Shown here one piece after another: positions 1-10,933 of a stretch of DNA of 64,000 bases. Each line of letters opens with the position of its first letter. Position 1 is the stretch's first letter. The position numbers and the translations under genes were made by a program. The DNA is taken from NCBI GenBank assembly GCA_002633005.1, contig NMRA01000463.1, positions 124,001 through 188,000 of the forward strand, given 5' to 3'. This DNA is from Phoronis australis (taxonomy: Eukaryota > Animalia > Phoronida). The notes beneath the pieces were generated by a model. It saw only the letters and a program-made list of their open reading frames with translations. It searched no databases and was not told the origin of the DNA.

Positions 1-56
1 GAAATGTACTGCGAACTTGGCTGCTTTGAAAAGTCTTAGTTGATTAATGGAAACCC

Positions 57-305
57 ATGATGGTAGCAGTAGTAGTAGTAGTAGTAGTGGTAGTGGTATT
101 GGTACATGTGATGGTAGTGGTGATGGTAGTCGTACATGTGATGGTAGTGGTGGTGGTAGGGATACATGTACATGTGATGATAGTGGCGGTGGTAGTGGTA
201 GTGGTACATCATGTGATGGTAGTGGTAGTGGTGCATGTGTTGGTAGTGGTGTTGGTAGTGGTGGTGATAGTGCTACATGTGAGGGTAGTGGTGGTGGTAG
301 TGCTA
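57..305. repeat. GGT/AGT-rich minisatellite (~30-bp units, each with (TA)CATGTG) in an intron of the ankyrin-like gene
   Basis: About six units of the form TACATGTGATGGTAGTGGTGGTGGTAGT. They account for the poly-V, poly-H and GS-rich ORFs at 36-340. Confidence 0.9.
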
Positions 306-639
306 CTTTTTTGGCTATCAAAATAATGGTAACAAAATAAATATAACGTCACGATGGTCCAATAAAAACAGAATACAAAGAACTAATTGAACAGTATTCA
401 CGACTTTCACACGTTGGTGGTGCTACAAAAATGATTGTTGTCCATTGTTGTGCAGGATACAATGCCTCGTTTTGGCATCACTTTTAACAACGCGCGCGCG
501 TGTTCCAAACATGCAGACCCATTTTAATGAGGACAGGACACCTCGTTCTCAAGCATAATGGCGAATTCTTGCAAGTAATGAATGAACTTCATCGTAATGC
601 TTGCATATAACACAAGTGATACAATGCCGTCCTTTACAG

Positions 640-832
640 GACGGGAAAACTCCCATGGATCTAAAAATAAGCAGTCAAGGGGAGGAGCTCATTGCGCGTG
701 AGCGGGGTAAAACTTGTGCTGAGGACATTTTCTGTTTGGAAAGATACCTGGAGTTTATGAACGCCATAGAAGAGGATGATTTAGACGGAGCGAGAGAAGC
801 CAGAGAATTATTGTATGACGATATAAAGTTAG
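640..832 (+). CDS. Ankyrin-repeat-like/CaaX protein, internal exon A (5' part of gene lies outside the window)
   Basis: Acceptor cctttacag|GAC, donor AG|gtaaga. Encodes DGKTPMDL...LLYDDIKL; DGKTPMDL matches the ankyrin GxTPL motif. Phase 0/1, compatible with the next exon. Confidence 0.75.
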
Positions 833-1223
833 GTAAGATACATATCAAATTGTTCTTGCTTTGGTGTAGTACTTAGTGGATAAAGGGCAGCAGAAAATAC
901 ATGTATGTTTTGTTTTCACAAAAAATATGAATAACTAGCGAAAGTATGTCTTCAACACAGCAAGGGAAACGTTGTAATTTTGGTTGCTTTTATGCTTGCA
1001 TGAATTAACCGTGCTTGATATTTTCTCACTAAAACGTTCCCATCAGGGAATGAATTCGTATGTCCGGCACGATTCGTGAAACAACAGCGATAAATTCCAG
1101 TCCAGGTTACACGAGACTTAATTGTACCCTTAGCAGTCAATTTTTCGTCGGGTTTCTTTAACTAGCACGCGCACTGCGCAAGCGCCACTCACTGTTTATG
1201 CACATGCGTATGTCCTGTTTTAG

Positions 1224-1360
1224 GCGACCTTACTGGCACCATGTTTATGAAGGCCGACCAAAAACCACTTGAGCTAATGGAAGCTGTCATTGACAACGGT
1301 TGTCAAGAGATTGGGAAATACCTGATATCAGAAGGCATCGACATTTACAAACCTGTCGTG
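1224..1360 (+). CDS. Ankyrin-repeat-like/CaaX protein, internal exon B
   Basis: Acceptor tcctgttttag|GC, donor GTG|gtaaga, phase 1/0. Encodes (G)DLTGTMFMKADQKPLELMEAVIDNGCQEIGKYLISEGIDIYKPVV, an ankyrin-like A...G..EI.KYLI..G.DI pattern. Not in the ORF track. Confidence 0.78.
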
Positions 1361-3758
1361 GTAAGAGCACATCGTTACCTTCCCATGTTCGCAAATGTTC
1401 GATGTCAAATTTGACGTGGACTGCTTTCATTCCTTAAGTTTGTCGCACGTAGTGCCGAGCAACGGGAGGTCGGGAGGGGATTACCACTCCAATGTCAAAT
1501 TTTTGGTTTCTGTAGCTGATTTCGTTTTCCTGACGACGCTTTGTTTTAATTTTCTATTTTGATCCTGTCCCGGGGGTGAACCCTCCCGTAGATCCGCCTC
1601 TGACGGACGCATCATACAGTGTAATTTCTGTACACTGACGCATATTATGGAGTATGCGCGCAAAAACAAGTCCGGCCATGTGAGTGGAAAGAGCCTAGCC
1701 TCATGTCCAAACGCCAGGCTGGTCATCAAACTTGACTGAGACTCACCCAACACTGGTGACACACCTTTGAGTGTGGTGTGAATGTCCTTTTTTGGAATCG
1801 TATAATGGAGGTCTTGGTACAAACGGAGTCGTTGCTTTGGGTATTATTAAAATAGCAACATCAAAAACGACTTCTTTGTAACATTGTCGATTTACTTATC
1901 TAACAACACCTAAACAATAATTCAGTAAATGAGTAGTTTAACTATTTCGATAGTTTACTTCACTTGGGCATCTAATGGAACTAATTAGACAAACATTTGA
2001 GGACGTGGAAATGCAGATTTCGATATTTCAAGCTATGTTAAGCGTACATGTGTGCACACTAGTAGCAAACAAACCATGTATAGAAAGACAAGTATCCGTT
2101 TCATGAATCGCGAATTAGGTTGATATTTCTAAGAATACGCTGTACTTTTCTCATAACTATTTGTGAAAAATAATTTTATCACACCTCAGCAAAAGTCTAG
2201 GGTCTCTGAAAATATTTCGATAATTGCTAGTTGCTCAAATGATGTTCATCTATTATTCCTTAACTACTATGTGCTAACACTTACATGTCAAAAGTTGAGA
2301 GTTAAATGGCTTTCCCATTAGAAGCAAAATTTCTCTTTTAACGAAGTTTCTGTAAGTGGGAAAGGTTAAATCCGGTAGTTAATCTGCAGGCGAAACTTTG
2401 CTTAAAATAGTAGGATTTAAAAGCGAGGCTTCAATACTAACTGAAGCTTTGGTGTAGTGGGAACACCAAGCGAAGCTTCGTTGAAAATATCGGTAGAGGT
2501 CGCGGCAACGATACGAGACTCGCAAAACGTGTTCTTTGTTATTGTAGCATAGCTGACACGCTCTAAATAGACGGACGTAAATAAATAAAAGAAAGCATAA
2601 GAATGACACTGATTATTTTCATAAACACTCGTAAAGGGCAGGCGAACAATTTTACAATTTTCATTTCGTTTCAAGCCCACTACTCAAAATTCGTTTGAGA
2701 GTAGAAATGAATTGCGTGATCTGTTGCCATAGCGATAACTTTGATATCGCTGTTGATTGGGAAAGGCAAGCGAAGTTTGGGCGAAGCTTCAGCAAATTAG
2801 TCAAATTTCCTGACAAAAGCGCTAAGTCATTTTCATGACACAAATTCACATTTGTATTCACCACTAGTAGAACCGTTTACACCGACGCCTTTTCTCTTTA
2901 ATGAAACAAGTCTAATATAAATTTCACCGTGGTGGAAGAGTTTCATTTGCTGTACTTGTTTGTCGTCGCCGGTACCCTGTTCAAACTCGTGCCGTTAATT
3001 AGCCTAATTAAGTTCTTTCTGGTAGACTGCATTTCTTTTTTTTACAATCTATACAATATAGTTCCCTCGATTCGTTTCTTTCACTACGCAATATATGTGT
3101 GGTCAACAGAGGTTATATTCACGCCACGTTTTGTCATTCGCAACACAGACGCAACAAAAAAGAAAAAAAAAGTCCGATAAGCCATAACGCAAGAAAACAG
3201 CATTTTACGTGTACGACCCTTATTTAACTTGTCGTTGCGCCTGTTCCATTATCGCTAGTTAGCAAAAATGCAAACACGCACGCCTAATTAGTTTAAAATG
3301 CACGAGCTAATTATGTTCAATTTCAGGTACGGTATGGTGTTGACACAGCAAGCACTAAGTTAAACAGTAGGATATCCAATATCCGTCATTAGACTTACAG
3401 TGTGAGGAAGAGACAGTGGATGTCTCAATTCAACCTTCCTCAAACCATCCAAAACGACGTTCCCGTTAACAGCGTCCACTCTCATAAATGCACTAGTTGT
3501 GTCACGACAGTCAACTTCGTTCATACTTGATGGTTTAAGAGTACTGTTTTCGTTCTCAAATATCGAAGTAACAAAAAGCAACCGTGTAGATTCCGATTTT
3601 AGTGAAGTGAATGGGGTGTACGGTTCCTCAAGATAACTTGTCGTAGATATGAGGCGAAATGAAAAACCACGCCCTTACTACATTCCAGGAGTAGAGTTAA
3701 GTAATTTACACAAAAGAAATATCGAGGACTAAAGTGTATTCAAATCACTATTTTGCAG

Positions 3759-3839
3759 CTAGCCGGAACCAGTATGACGTTGATAGAGGCTTGCCACAAG
3801 CGCCATCTGAAGGACCTCGGTGACTTTATCCGGAAAAAG
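3759..3839 (+). CDS. Ankyrin-repeat-like/CaaX protein, internal exon C
   Basis: Acceptor ctattttgcag|CTA, donor AAG|gtacac, 81 nt, phase 0/0. Encodes LAGTSMTLIEACHKRHLKDLGDFIRKK and joins exons B and D in frame. Confidence 0.65.
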
Positions 3840-4121
3840 GTACACGTACACTACTTGTTCAAATCGGAACATCAGTGACAAAGCTACCTTGTAGTTGAAT
3901 GTTTTCGCATCTTGGTTTTTATTACTACAACTTACCAGTTGGTAAATGAAATCATGTGTACCCCATGCTGTCATTCTAATAGGTTCTTAACCGAACTTCC
4001 CACAAATTCCCTTTTCTTCATAGTAATGGTGAGGACATCCAACTGAGATCCGCCGTTACGTTACGGTGGTGTATTGGTGGTTATGGAGACTCCGACTTTA
4101 CCAATACTTTACTTTTTGCAG

Positions 4122-4328
4122 AAAGAACTTGAAGACCAAGAAAGAATGAGACTTCACGAAGCCGAAAATGTCGTAACCGGTTCAACAATGAGCACGGAAA
4201 GCATGGCCATAAGTATGGCACCCGGATGTGACGAGAGCTCTGATGTCATTGTAAATTCGCAAGGTGGCGCTCACATACAGGAACAGGACATTGATGGACG
4301 AAAAAGTTCTACTTGTGCTATTTTATAG
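4122..4328 (+). CDS. Ankyrin-repeat-like/CaaX protein, terminal coding exon D
   Basis: Acceptor ctttactttttgcag|AAA, phase 0. Encodes KELEDQERMRL...DGRKSSTCAIL-stop, a CaaX motif. Downstream ATTAAA at 4522 and AATAAA at 4697. Confidence 0.75.
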   Translation, partial: KELEDQERMRLHEAENVVTGSTMSTESMAISMAPGCDESSDVIVNSQGGAHIQEQDIDGRKSSTCAIL

Positions 4329-4699
4329 AACTACTGTAATCAATTTTTTTCGCACAGTTTTTGCAGATGCACTAATCAAGAACTGCCAACAGTTTTTGTC
4401 TCAGTATGTGGCGTCATTTTTCGTTAGACATGATCACTAACAAAGAGGTGAATTTTCTTTTAAGCAATCATTATATTTGGACGTTGATATTTGAAAGCAT
4501 AATTTCTGTAAACAACAACCAATTAAATGCTGTAGAAACCACATACGACTTTGTAAGGAGATGTGAACCTCGTGATAGCTACAGTATACATGTATGCTTC
4601 ACGTGGTTCAAGATTTTATTTAAATTTCTACCCTGTCGTACATTTCTCATACGTGTAGCATAAGCTTCTGTGTCTTTTTTAGATTCTACAAATGGGAAT

Positions 4700-5100
4700 A
4701 AAATTTAAGTTGGTGAATTATCAACAGGAAATATGCACAAAAATATTCAATTCATAATCGACAGACCCCCATGCACAGGTCTCCTAAAACACCAAACAAG
4801 GAACTGGAAACCATTCAAATGTTAACAGACCATGACTCATGGGGGTGGATCCTGAGACGGCTCCCTCGCACGCACCAGCATGCAATAAGGAACCACCTGC
4901 GCTTACATTTGAACTTCAAACCAAAACAGCACATGGGCAGCAGGAAAACGCGACTTACGAGACAATATTCTAAACGACGGATGAAACTCGACTTGTTTAT
5001 CCCCAAAACAGCAGACTAAGCCAGACAGAAATGAGAATGTCCAATCTTTTGAACATGTTTGAGACCAAGACAAGGAAAGACCAAACTAAAACGTTTGCTT
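4700..5100 (+). mobile_element. Decayed non-LTR retrotransposon 3' fragment (RTE-like ORF2 C-terminus)
   Basis: Frameshifted SWGWILRRLP..HAPA..KPK..GSRKT..NILND resembles the RTE-type W.GHILR....PA....KRP.GRPK.T....I..D motif. Confidence 0.35.
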
Positions 5101-6045
5101 AAAGAGCAAACTTTTCGTCCCAGATTGTGAGATGATGCATTGTGGGATATGTCGATTTACTAGAGTCATTCCTTCCTTTCTGGGATCCTACATAACTTGA
5201 TTGCCAGAGCAATATACATGTAGGGGCACTGGTGTACTGTTCGGCTGTTCAGTCGTGACAAGCGATACTAATGTCGAGACAACAGAGCTTGTACAGACCT
5301 AAGCACCTCCATTTCCATTGCCTTACATTGTGATTCCAAGACACAATGCCCGAAATTCAATGGAAAATAACGATGGTTCCCCGAGTCACATGGGAAAATA
5401 TGTGAAGTATTTCTTCCGTGCGAGTATTGTACAGTTGGACGAGACAGTTATTGCGCGGTCGTATCACCACGTACATGTATTACTTATACACAGCGACCAG
5501 ATTATCTGCAGAAGCGTGGTTTTCAGACGAAACAACACCACGTCGTGTAATATCGGGCATTAAAAGCAATGCAAAGCTTAGCAAGAAATTCTGTTTTCGA
5601 TTACTTTCTTTCGCGTAAACTGTCTCTTTTTCGAAATATTTTTGTGCGGACTCACGGAATGTCACCGATTTCCACGCGTTGCTTGTACAATCTAGGTGCG
5701 ACGTCTCGTGCAGGAGACGGATTCTCTATCTGGCGACTGTATGGATGTATAATAAAAGAATACGCATGTAGTCCCGAAGTGTCGGTTGAACTCCAGCGGT
5801 CATTTCTGAGATAAACAAACAATGTCCCTGTGTTAGCCACGTTTGCACATTTTTCGATATGGTCCTGCGTGACTTTGATTTTAAGAATTTGGTTTGATTT
5901 TTACGAATAAGGGTTGATTAACTTTTTTGCCCTTTCAGCGGCCCATATGTTGCATTCTGCATTATTTCGTTCATTCATGCAAGGGTCTGGAACAAAAATC
6001 ACTAGCTACAAGAAAAAATGAACAACCAGCTTTCCTGTGATTATT

Positions 6046-6051
6046 TTTATT
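6046..6051 (-). terminator. Polyadenylation signal of the LRR receptor gene
   Basis: AATAAA on the minus strand, followed by a U/GU-rich tract (tggttgttcattttttcttgtag). Implies a 3' UTR of ~1.6 kb. Confidence 0.55.
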
Positions 6052-6075
6052 ACATTAACAATTTAGTCATCAGTC

Positions 6076-6147
6076 TATGTACACCTTTCTATAAAACAAA
6101 CGCGGTATGAAAAATGTGCCAAATGTACATGCATATTTATATTTACA
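6076..6147 (-). promoter_or_regulatory. Two Pumilio-response elements (UGUAHAUA) in the distal 3' UTR of the LRR gene
   Basis: Minus-strand TGTACATA (6076-6083) and TGTAAATA (6140-6147), with AUUUA motifs nearby, just upstream of the polyA signal. Confidence 0.4.
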
Positions 6148-7660
6148 ATATATAAATTATCAAAATAAATAAATACTTAAGCGTGATAACAAGCACTCGA
6201 ATGACGTCATAACATCCACACAACTCGGCAAGCTTCTATACTGTGAACTTGCCCACAAATATATTTTCTAACGTTAGCAACATCCGACTAATATAACCGT
6301 GAATAGCATAAGTGCAACGACCCCAAGTTTCGCAAAATATCACATGTTTTACATAATTAATTCTGGACACCACTTAGGTAGGAAACATTCTGCTTCCCTT
6401 TACATTTCTGACACGTACACCAAGGCAGCACCATTTTCTAGCTTCAAAAATCCGAATACACGGAATTTTCCATGAAATTAAATAAGTTTTGTCGTATCCT
6501 CACAAAACTTTCTTTGCTGACAGGAAACAGGATGCTCCTCTGCTAATGACATGCAGAAATGCAATAATAATTATTATTACCACTATTGTTATTATTATTA
6601 CAGTAACAATAACAAGATAAGAAATTGTTTTGGCTTTCTCAATAAAGTGTAAACGGTATTTCTAATTATCTTCACAAGTTAGTTGAACCTGTTCTACCAG
6701 CAATGGACACCGTCGCCTTATCTTAATCAGAGGAAGTCACCAAACTGGACAGGCGAAATGCTATTTCTTCCGAATCCTCATTGGCTTCGACCTAAATAAA
6801 AGAGGGCGCCAGCTGCTGTGCTGTTGCAATTGATAGCGCGAGCACAACACTACATACAAAAACTTGACCGCAGCAAAGAAATCCCCGTGCGCTAATACAC
6901 AAATGATATGTAACATTAGGAATAAGTTTGTGAACATTGAGTGCTGGTATATAACTCCAGAACTCAGCGTCAAGCCTTGCTGTAATTGACTGGAACATCC
7001 GGGTATTCAGTGAATATTGAGTCCGCAGGTTGGCAATCAAATACTGTGCATACACGTGCAATAAAATGGACATGGTATGTCTTTCGTGATTGTGCGGGTC
7101 TCACACAGCAATATTCAGCTCTATGTCCCCTTTTCATAATACTGTCACACAATCAAAACGACATTTGTCACCCAATGCACTACCGCCTGATCAACGCCGA
7201 TGCAAGAAAATAGCTCCACTTACTAGCACATGATCTCTACGCTACATGTAAGTGAAGAGAAAATCTAGGTACTACTGTACGTGTAAATGCGGGGATGACC
7301 GGGCCGTAGTGGTAAAATGCAGGGCCTCCAACTCATAAATGTCACTCCGATACCACCAGATTCAAACTTTGTGGCCGGACAGGTACAATGGTGCGATCAG
7401 ATACATGCACGACCGGGCCTACCCTGATGGAGTCTCTGACACCGGAAGTCGCCACAGACACTATATATGAGCTCGGATAAGGGAGTGTTCCTACACCTTG
7501 AATCTACAGTGCAACTCGCACACCAAAGCCTGACCATGAATTTAGTTGCGCGTTCCATGACGAACAAGCATAGCAACGATCTGCGATGCCTGCGACTAGT
7601 GGTGCCGGTGAATCCCGCGTTTATTTTTCCTGCAGCCAATCACAGGCTTTACACAAACAC

Positions 7661-9994
7661 TCACACCCAATCTCGTCCACCATATTGTCTGGCGGGCGCG
7701 GGCGGCGGCAGCGAACTAGTGGCAGACACGGCACCAGAGCCGTTGTTGTCATAGATGGCGCGGTAATCTTGATTCCGCGCCATTTTCCTTTTGATCCGCC
7801 ACCGGTGTTGGTAGAATATAATACCGGCGATCAAAAAAATTGCAAAAGCTGTGCAACCTATGACAACAAGAATTATCCTTTTATCCACTGGGTCTTTGCA
7901 GTTGTCGTGAACCTGGAAGTGTAGTAAATCGATTCCTTTCCACGAGTACGGCCCGTCGCATAAGTAATAGCCATTGCTGTTGAAGTTATGCACAGATACC
8001 GACGTGTCGTCGATCCAGTTCCGGAAATCGGCGAGGTCACAGTTGCACATAAAGGGATTCCGCGAGAGGTCAAGAACTTTCAACTGGAGAAGGTGATCTA
8101 AATGTTTTGGGTCAACTGTGGCTATCCTGTTGTAAGACGCGTTGAGTGTTTTGAGTGTGTCCGTGTTATGGAGCCACCAGTCAGATAGAGACAAGAGCCG
8201 GTTTTTTGAGATGTCTAAATTCGTGAGCGATGAAAGGTTCGAGAAAATCTCGTCATCTAAAACAGAAATACCGTTACTGGCGAGGTTTAAAGTTACAAGA
8301 CCTACCGTCTTGCCGTTAAAAATGTTTCGTGAGCTTCGTAGACTCTCGCCCAAATCATTATGTGAGAGGTCAAGCTCCTGGAGTTGACGAAGGTCTCGAA
8401 AGCCTGTGGCATGTATTGTCGAGAGTGTGTTGTTGCTCAGATCTAAATATTTTAGCCACTTCAGTCCGACGAAGAACCGCCTAGAGATAGACTGCATATA
8501 ATTTCCTTGGAGGTGAAGCTCGCGTGCGTACGTCCAACCGAGCTTATCAATGCTCGTTAGTTTGTTATGCGACAGATCAATGATTGTCGGTGTGTGAGAC
8601 CGAAACGTGTCCGGTTCAATCTCTCGTATGGCATTATTGCTAAAATTCACCTTGTTCAAAACGCGACCGCTGATAAACAATTCCTTATCCAACCGCGTCA
8701 GCTTGTTTCCGCTGATATCCAGCTTTTCGACCTGCCTCAACCTCGTAATGGATCCCAAAGATTGAAGCCTATTGGACGATATCTTGAGCACGCGCAGATG
8801 CTCAAAGGCAGACGCAATCTCAAACTGCGTTATCTTATTATAACTCAAGTCCAATTCTTCTAACTCGTACATGTTTTCAAACGGAGCATCTTCTATAAAC
8901 TCCAGTTCGTTGTGGTCCAGGAACAACGAGATTAATTCTTCACAAATTTCCAAACTTGTATAGTCAATTTCCCGAATCTTATTATGGGATAGCCGAAGAT
9001 GCTTCAATTCGCCTTGTCCACTGTAGTCTCCGACAGATGTCAACATGTTATGACTGAGATCGAACACTCTGAGTTGTCGTAACTGAGAGAACGACCTCTT
9101 TCCGACAGCTTCTATGGCATTGTGGGAAAGGTCCAGTTCCTGTAGGCTTCCGAGGCTTAACCCGTTGAAAAGAAAGTGGACATCGGATATATTCATGTAG
9201 GACATCTTTAGTGTGTTCACTGTCGAAATTTCGAGTTCTTTCAGTGTCTTTTTTAAATCAGACATATCCACCCGATTTCTGGAAAGGTCCAAAAGATGCA
9301 ATGCTTGTCCGTTTCGAAATACACCCTCTTGTATTTCGCGAATGTTCGTGTTCGATAAGTTAAGCACTATACGTTCGCCGAAATGATTCATCTTCGAGAA
9401 AGAATGAGACTTTAAGATACCAAGGTTATTGTTGCTCAAGTCCAAGACTTGAAGAGACCGAGTTTTCGTGAAACCCGGACCAAAGTCGGCACTTGAAATG
9501 GCGTTTGTGCTCAAATTGACTTTTCGTAGTTGATGGCATTTTTCGAGACTGCCGTCCGGAATTAATTTAAGTTTATTGCGACTTAAATCAAGTTCTGTGA
9601 TTGTTGACACGCTATTGAAAACATTGTCATCTAAAACTGATAACTTGTTTCCGGAAAGACGCAACACTAGAAGTCTTTTTAAGCCTAAAAAGTCGTCTTT
9701 CTTGAGATTCGATATTTCATTATCGTTAATGCTTAACAATTTCAAACGCGACAGACCAACAAACGATTTGTTGTGTATTTCAGTCAACTCATTGCTATCC
9801 AAAATTACTGAGGTCACAGTCGAAGGAAGTTTCGGCACGTTGGTCAGGCGGGCGTTTGCGCAGTTGACAAAAGTCAACGCTTCGTTGCATGTACAAAGTG
9901 ACGGGCAATTTGAAGTACTCTTTCCGAAGATAGATGTCGCGCTGAGCAAGAGCACACTGATCACGTTCACAAGTCGATAATCCACTGGGGCCAT
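7661..9994 (-). CDS. Toll-like leucine-rich-repeat type-I transmembrane receptor lacking a TIR domain (777 aa, single coding exon)
   Basis: Signal peptide, LRRNT (CPSLCTC..VNC), ~22 LxxLxLxxN repeats, LRRCT (NPFMCNCDL..F..W...C..P...C), TM (IILVVIGCTAFAIFLIAGIIFY), juxtamembrane YQHRWRIKRK, and a ~50-aa tail ending RDWV. Start context AAACATGG. Acceptor ttgttttttttttcag gives an exon boundary at 10043. Confidence 0.95.
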   Translation of the reverse strand: MAPVDYRLVNVISVLLLSATSIFGKSTSNCPSLCTCNEALTFVNCANARLTNVPKLPSTVTSVILDSNELTEIHNKSFVGLSRLKLLSINDNEISNLKKDDFLGLKRLLVLRLSGNKLSVLDDNVFNSVSTITELDLSRNKLKLIPDGSLEKCHQLRKVNLSTNAISSADFGPGFTKTRSLQVLDLSNNNLGILKSHSFSKMNHFGERIVLNLSNTNIREIQEGVFRNGQALHLLDLSRNRVDMSDLKKTLKELEISTVNTLKMSYMNISDVHFLFNGLSLGSLQELDLSHNAIEAVGKRSFSQLRQLRVFDLSHNMLTSVGDYSGQGELKHLRLSHNKIREIDYTSLEICEELISLFLDHNELEFIEDAPFENMYELEELDLSYNKITQFEIASAFEHLRVLKISSNRLQSLGSITRLRQVEKLDISGNKLTRLDKELFISGRVLNKVNFSNNAIREIEPDTFRSHTPTIIDLSHNKLTSIDKLGWTYARELHLQGNYMQSISRRFFVGLKWLKYLDLSNNTLSTIHATGFRDLRQLQELDLSHNDLGESLRSSRNIFNGKTVGLVTLNLASNGISVLDDEIFSNLSSLTNLDISKNRLLSLSDWWLHNTDTLKTLNASYNRIATVDPKHLDHLLQLKVLDLSRNPFMCNCDLADFRNWIDDTSVSVHNFNSNGYYLCDGPYSWKGIDLLHFQVHDNCKDPVDKRIILVVIGCTAFAIFLIAGIIFYQHRWRIKRKMARNQDYRAIYDNNGSGAVSATSSLPPPAPARQYGGRDWV

Positions 9995-10291
9995 GTTTGA
10001 TACTTGTCGCGAGCCTCAGGAGTCGTTTGGCTATCGTTTATTTCTGAAAAAAAAAACAAAACATAACGTTATGCATGGCATTCATGTAAGCTCTTAAAGT
10101 GGGAGATAAAAACAGTTTTGATTACACATAATTTCCAATGACAGTCTTCTGCCCTTCGAATTTGGTTGACAAAATCGCGTCCACAATGCGCTTAGATGAG
10201 TAACGCCTCTGCTTTCTTTAGTTTTTAGTGCCAGTACTTCAACAGAAAAAATACTGAGTGTTTCCTTTACCAAAGATCTAGCTTATCTTAC

Positions 10292-10933
10292 CTCAATCTT
10301 TCCGCTGTGTTCTTATAATTCATATGTAAAAGAATCGTGCTCTGAGTGCAAAGCTTTTCAAATTTGAAGCATCAGATGTTAGATCGATAACACTCAAGTT
10401 GTCTCGGTGGGCAACATATCTTCATTGTCTATAAAATCGCCGAGAAGTAGCGAATGTAAAATTCTATCTAACTAATGAAATAAAGATAATTTACAACTTA
10501 ACAAAAACCTTAATCCCCAGCTTTGCAAACTAGAAGCCTTGAATTTCATTTATGCAGAGTGTACCAGCATTTCAAATGCATATCACGAATAAGCAGCTGA
10601 AGATTGTTGCGTCACCAATTTAAGCCAATACGTTGAGGAAACAGTGACAAAGATCTGCCGGTTGTCTAGTCGTTATGAATTCAGATGAATACAACGTCGA
10701 TGCTCCAATAAAAAATCTCGTATCTTAAGTCAGTTCGCAAATTATTTCGAAAATAGCTTTAAATGTACCGAAATTGACACCAGAGCTCTGCGTCTGAGCA
10801 CGGAGTACTAGTCTTTGTCCAACTTGAATGAAAACGGCTTCACCACACGCTACGCACAGTTTACGTTATTCCGTACAAACAGCAGACCAACCGATCAAAA
10901 TGACTACGAGAACACTAACGCGCAATATTTATA
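10292..10933 (-). promoter_or_regulatory. Candidate proximal TATA/Inr promoter and non-coding first exon of the LRR gene
   Basis: Minus-strand TATAAATA (10933-10926), Inr-like AGTCATT ~30 nt downstream (~10901), and strong donor GAG|gtaaga at 10292/10291. This gives a 248-nt intron to the 10043 acceptor. Confidence 0.45.

Noticed and set aside
36-340. Poly-His, poly-Val and Gly/Ser/Cys-rich ORFs
   Set aside because: Translations of an intronic GGT/AGT minisatellite, open in several frames on both strands, with no splice support.
455-575. Possible extra ankyrin exon after tgtgcag
   Set aside because: All three frames hit stops before a usable donor.
7397-7639. ORF just after the receptor stop with SRR...LFV...KF...WC, loosely TIR-like
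   Set aside because: The spacing does not fit TIR, it is out of order relative to the better match at 6724-6980, and the implied intron (~35 nt) is too short.
8142-9980. Plus-strand ORFs overlapping the LRR gene
   Set aside because: Antisense shadows of the real CDS.
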